This document shows positions 62,814 through 64,000 of a DNA stretch of 64,000 bases, piece after piece. The stretch is taken from NCBI GenBank assembly GCA_964460435.1, contig CAYWRH010000001.1, positions 32,543-96,542 on the forward strand, written 5' to 3'. Below the pieces are notes generated by a model. It saw nothing but the letters and a program-made list of their open reading frames with translations. It ran no database searches and was not told where the DNA came from. Source of the stretch: an uncultured Desulfatiglans sp. (GTDB lineage Bacteria > Desulfobacterota > DSM-4660 > Desulfatiglandales > HGW-15). The translations under genes were made by a program, and so were the position numbers. Position 1 is the stretch's first letter, and each line of letters begins with the position of its first letter.

Positions 62814-64000
62814 TTAATTTCCCTGACCGTGAATATTTACATTTTCTGCTATGTCTTTAGTTCCTTCTGAAACAGTTTCAGAAGCAGATTCTATTATATC
62901 CATATTCTTATCATAGATGGTTGTTTTTACCTCCATCAATCCAAGAAGTGTATGAAAAAGATTATCCTGTGAATATTCCTTCGCTGCTTTTTCTTTAAGG
63001 ATTTTTTTGTCTATCTTAAATCCATCACCAAACCACATAATGGCGGGTATATGTGTCTGTGCTACAGGCGCCATAAAGTAAGGCAAACCGTGCAGGTAGA
63101 GATTGTTTTCACCAAGTGATTCTCCATGATCACTGAGATAGAACATGGCTGTCTCGAATCCCCTGTTTTGCTTTAATAAATCTATCACCTTTGACAGAAA
63201 ATAATCGGTGTATAAAATGGCATTATCATATGCATTATTGATCTCTTCACTTGTACATTTTTCAAGCTGATTGGTTTTGCAGACGGGTGTAAATCTCTCG
63301 AATGTTTCAGGATACCTCTTGTAATAGGCCGGGCCATGGTTGCCCATCTGATGAAGAACAATCAATATGTCTCCAGTTTTTTTGCTGTCAATATACTCCT
63401 GCAGGCCAACCAGCATCCCTTCATCCCTGCATTCTATATCACATACAGTATTCCTTTCAGGGGTTTGATAGTCTTCATAGGTCACCCTGTTCGCTACCCC
63501 CTTTGAGCTGGAATTATTATCCCGCCACAGGATATTGACCCCTGCCATATCCAGGACGTCAAGTATGTTATATGTTGATTCTGCCTTTTTCTCTGTGTAT
63601 TCTTCCCTGCCAAAAATCGAAAACATACATGGCACAGAAACCGCTGTTAATGTCCCGCAGGAATGGACATCAGGAAAATTGATGATATCTTCCCTTTTAA
63701 GCAGGGGATTGGTTTCTTTATTGTATCCATTAATGGAAAATCGATCTGCACGGGCGGCCTCCCCAACCACAAGGATTATCAATTCCCTGTCAGTATCCGC
63801 ATCAGGGATCCTGGCGTCTGCGCCAATAGGCTTCACTTTCGCTTCGCCGCTCTTAATATGATGGGCAATATATTTGCTGATCGAATATATATAGGATGGA
63901 GGGTTTGCATAGTATCTTAATTGTTTATGCTCTCTGAAAAAGGAAAAATAAAAATCACTCAAGGGTAAAAACATTGCAAGAATAATTAAAAAAGCCACTG
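62814..64000 (-). CDS. eptA: Second phosphoethanolamine transferase (EptA/MCR family), 5'-truncated by the window edge
   Basis: The frame is open to nt 64000. It aligns with the downstream paralogue from about residue 175 onward, with the same catalytic motifs (VVGEAARADR, HSCGTLTAVSVPCMF, HQMGNHGPAYYKRYPETFERFTPVC, LSDHGESLGE). It carries an extra ~25-aa C-terminal tail. Confidence 0.9.
   Translation of the reverse strand, partial: VAFLIILAMFLPLSDFYFSFFREHKQLRYYANPPSYIYSISKYIAHHIKSGEAKVKPIGADARIPDADTDRELIILVVGEAARADRFSINGYNKETNPLLKREDIINFPDVHSCGTLTAVSVPCMFSIFGREEYTEKKAESTYNILDVLDMAGVNILWRDNNSSSKGVANRVTYEDYQTPERNTVCDIECRDEGMLVGLQEYIDSKKTGDILIVLHQMGNHGPAYYKRYPETFERFTPVCKTNQLEKCTSEEINNAYDNAILYTDYFLSKVIDLLKQNRGFETAMFYLSDHGESLGENNLYLHGLPYFMAPVAQTHIPAIMWFGDGFKIDKKILKEKAAKEYSQDNLFHTLLGLMEVKTTIYDKNMDIIESASETVSEGTKDIAENVNIHGQGN

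Overview
The window is a 64-kb chromosomal segment of a Gram-negative bacterium. Gene content and the intergenic hairpin repeats suggest a Desulfobacterota/deltaproteobacterium-like organism, but that is inference only. All family assignments below come from motif reading by eye; no searches were run.

I can support about 45 genes, laid out as follows:

1. 3-4907: an unusual, translationally coupled module. It encodes a PqqD/RRE-like + M50 protease + HlyD-like fusion protein, a C-terminally truncated SecA paralogue, and an extra HlyD-type adaptor.
2. About 5.2-12.3 kb: a visibly AT-richer accessory island in decay. It holds a DUF2971 protein, a GNAT, an IS110-family element inserted in a small gene, a DUF4160/DUF2442 pair, a Y1-transposase remnant and a vapBC pair. 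Two of the small genes carry in-frame stops.
3. 12.3-20.2 kb: a housekeeping block with a LolB-like lipoprotein, a TPR protein, rpoH, tyrS, a rodZ-like gene and two parvulin-type chaperones.
4. 20.7-36.7 kb: a seven-gene efflux supercluster that interleaves ABC-2-type and RND components. Its centrepiece is a 1584-aa protein in which a complete RND permease is fused through six extra TM helices to an ABC ATPase domain. That ATPase domain is itself split by a membrane insertion. I consider this the best candidate for an undescribed system.
5. 36.9-52.7 kb: miscellaneous genes. These are an arylamine N-acetyltransferase, a B12-radical SAM enzyme, a class II photolyase, a Na/Pi transporter, yhbY, two hybrid histidine kinases (one with a CXXCH heme-type sensor domain, one coupled to a LivK-like binding protein), a DUF4143 ATPase and an RdgC-like gene pair.
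6. 52.9-64.0 kb: a conventional tripartite RND operon next to a DUF4405 protein, a TonB-dependent receptor and two tandem EptA/MCR-like phosphoethanolamine transferases. The second transferase runs off the window.

I saw no rRNA, tRNA or CRISPR array.
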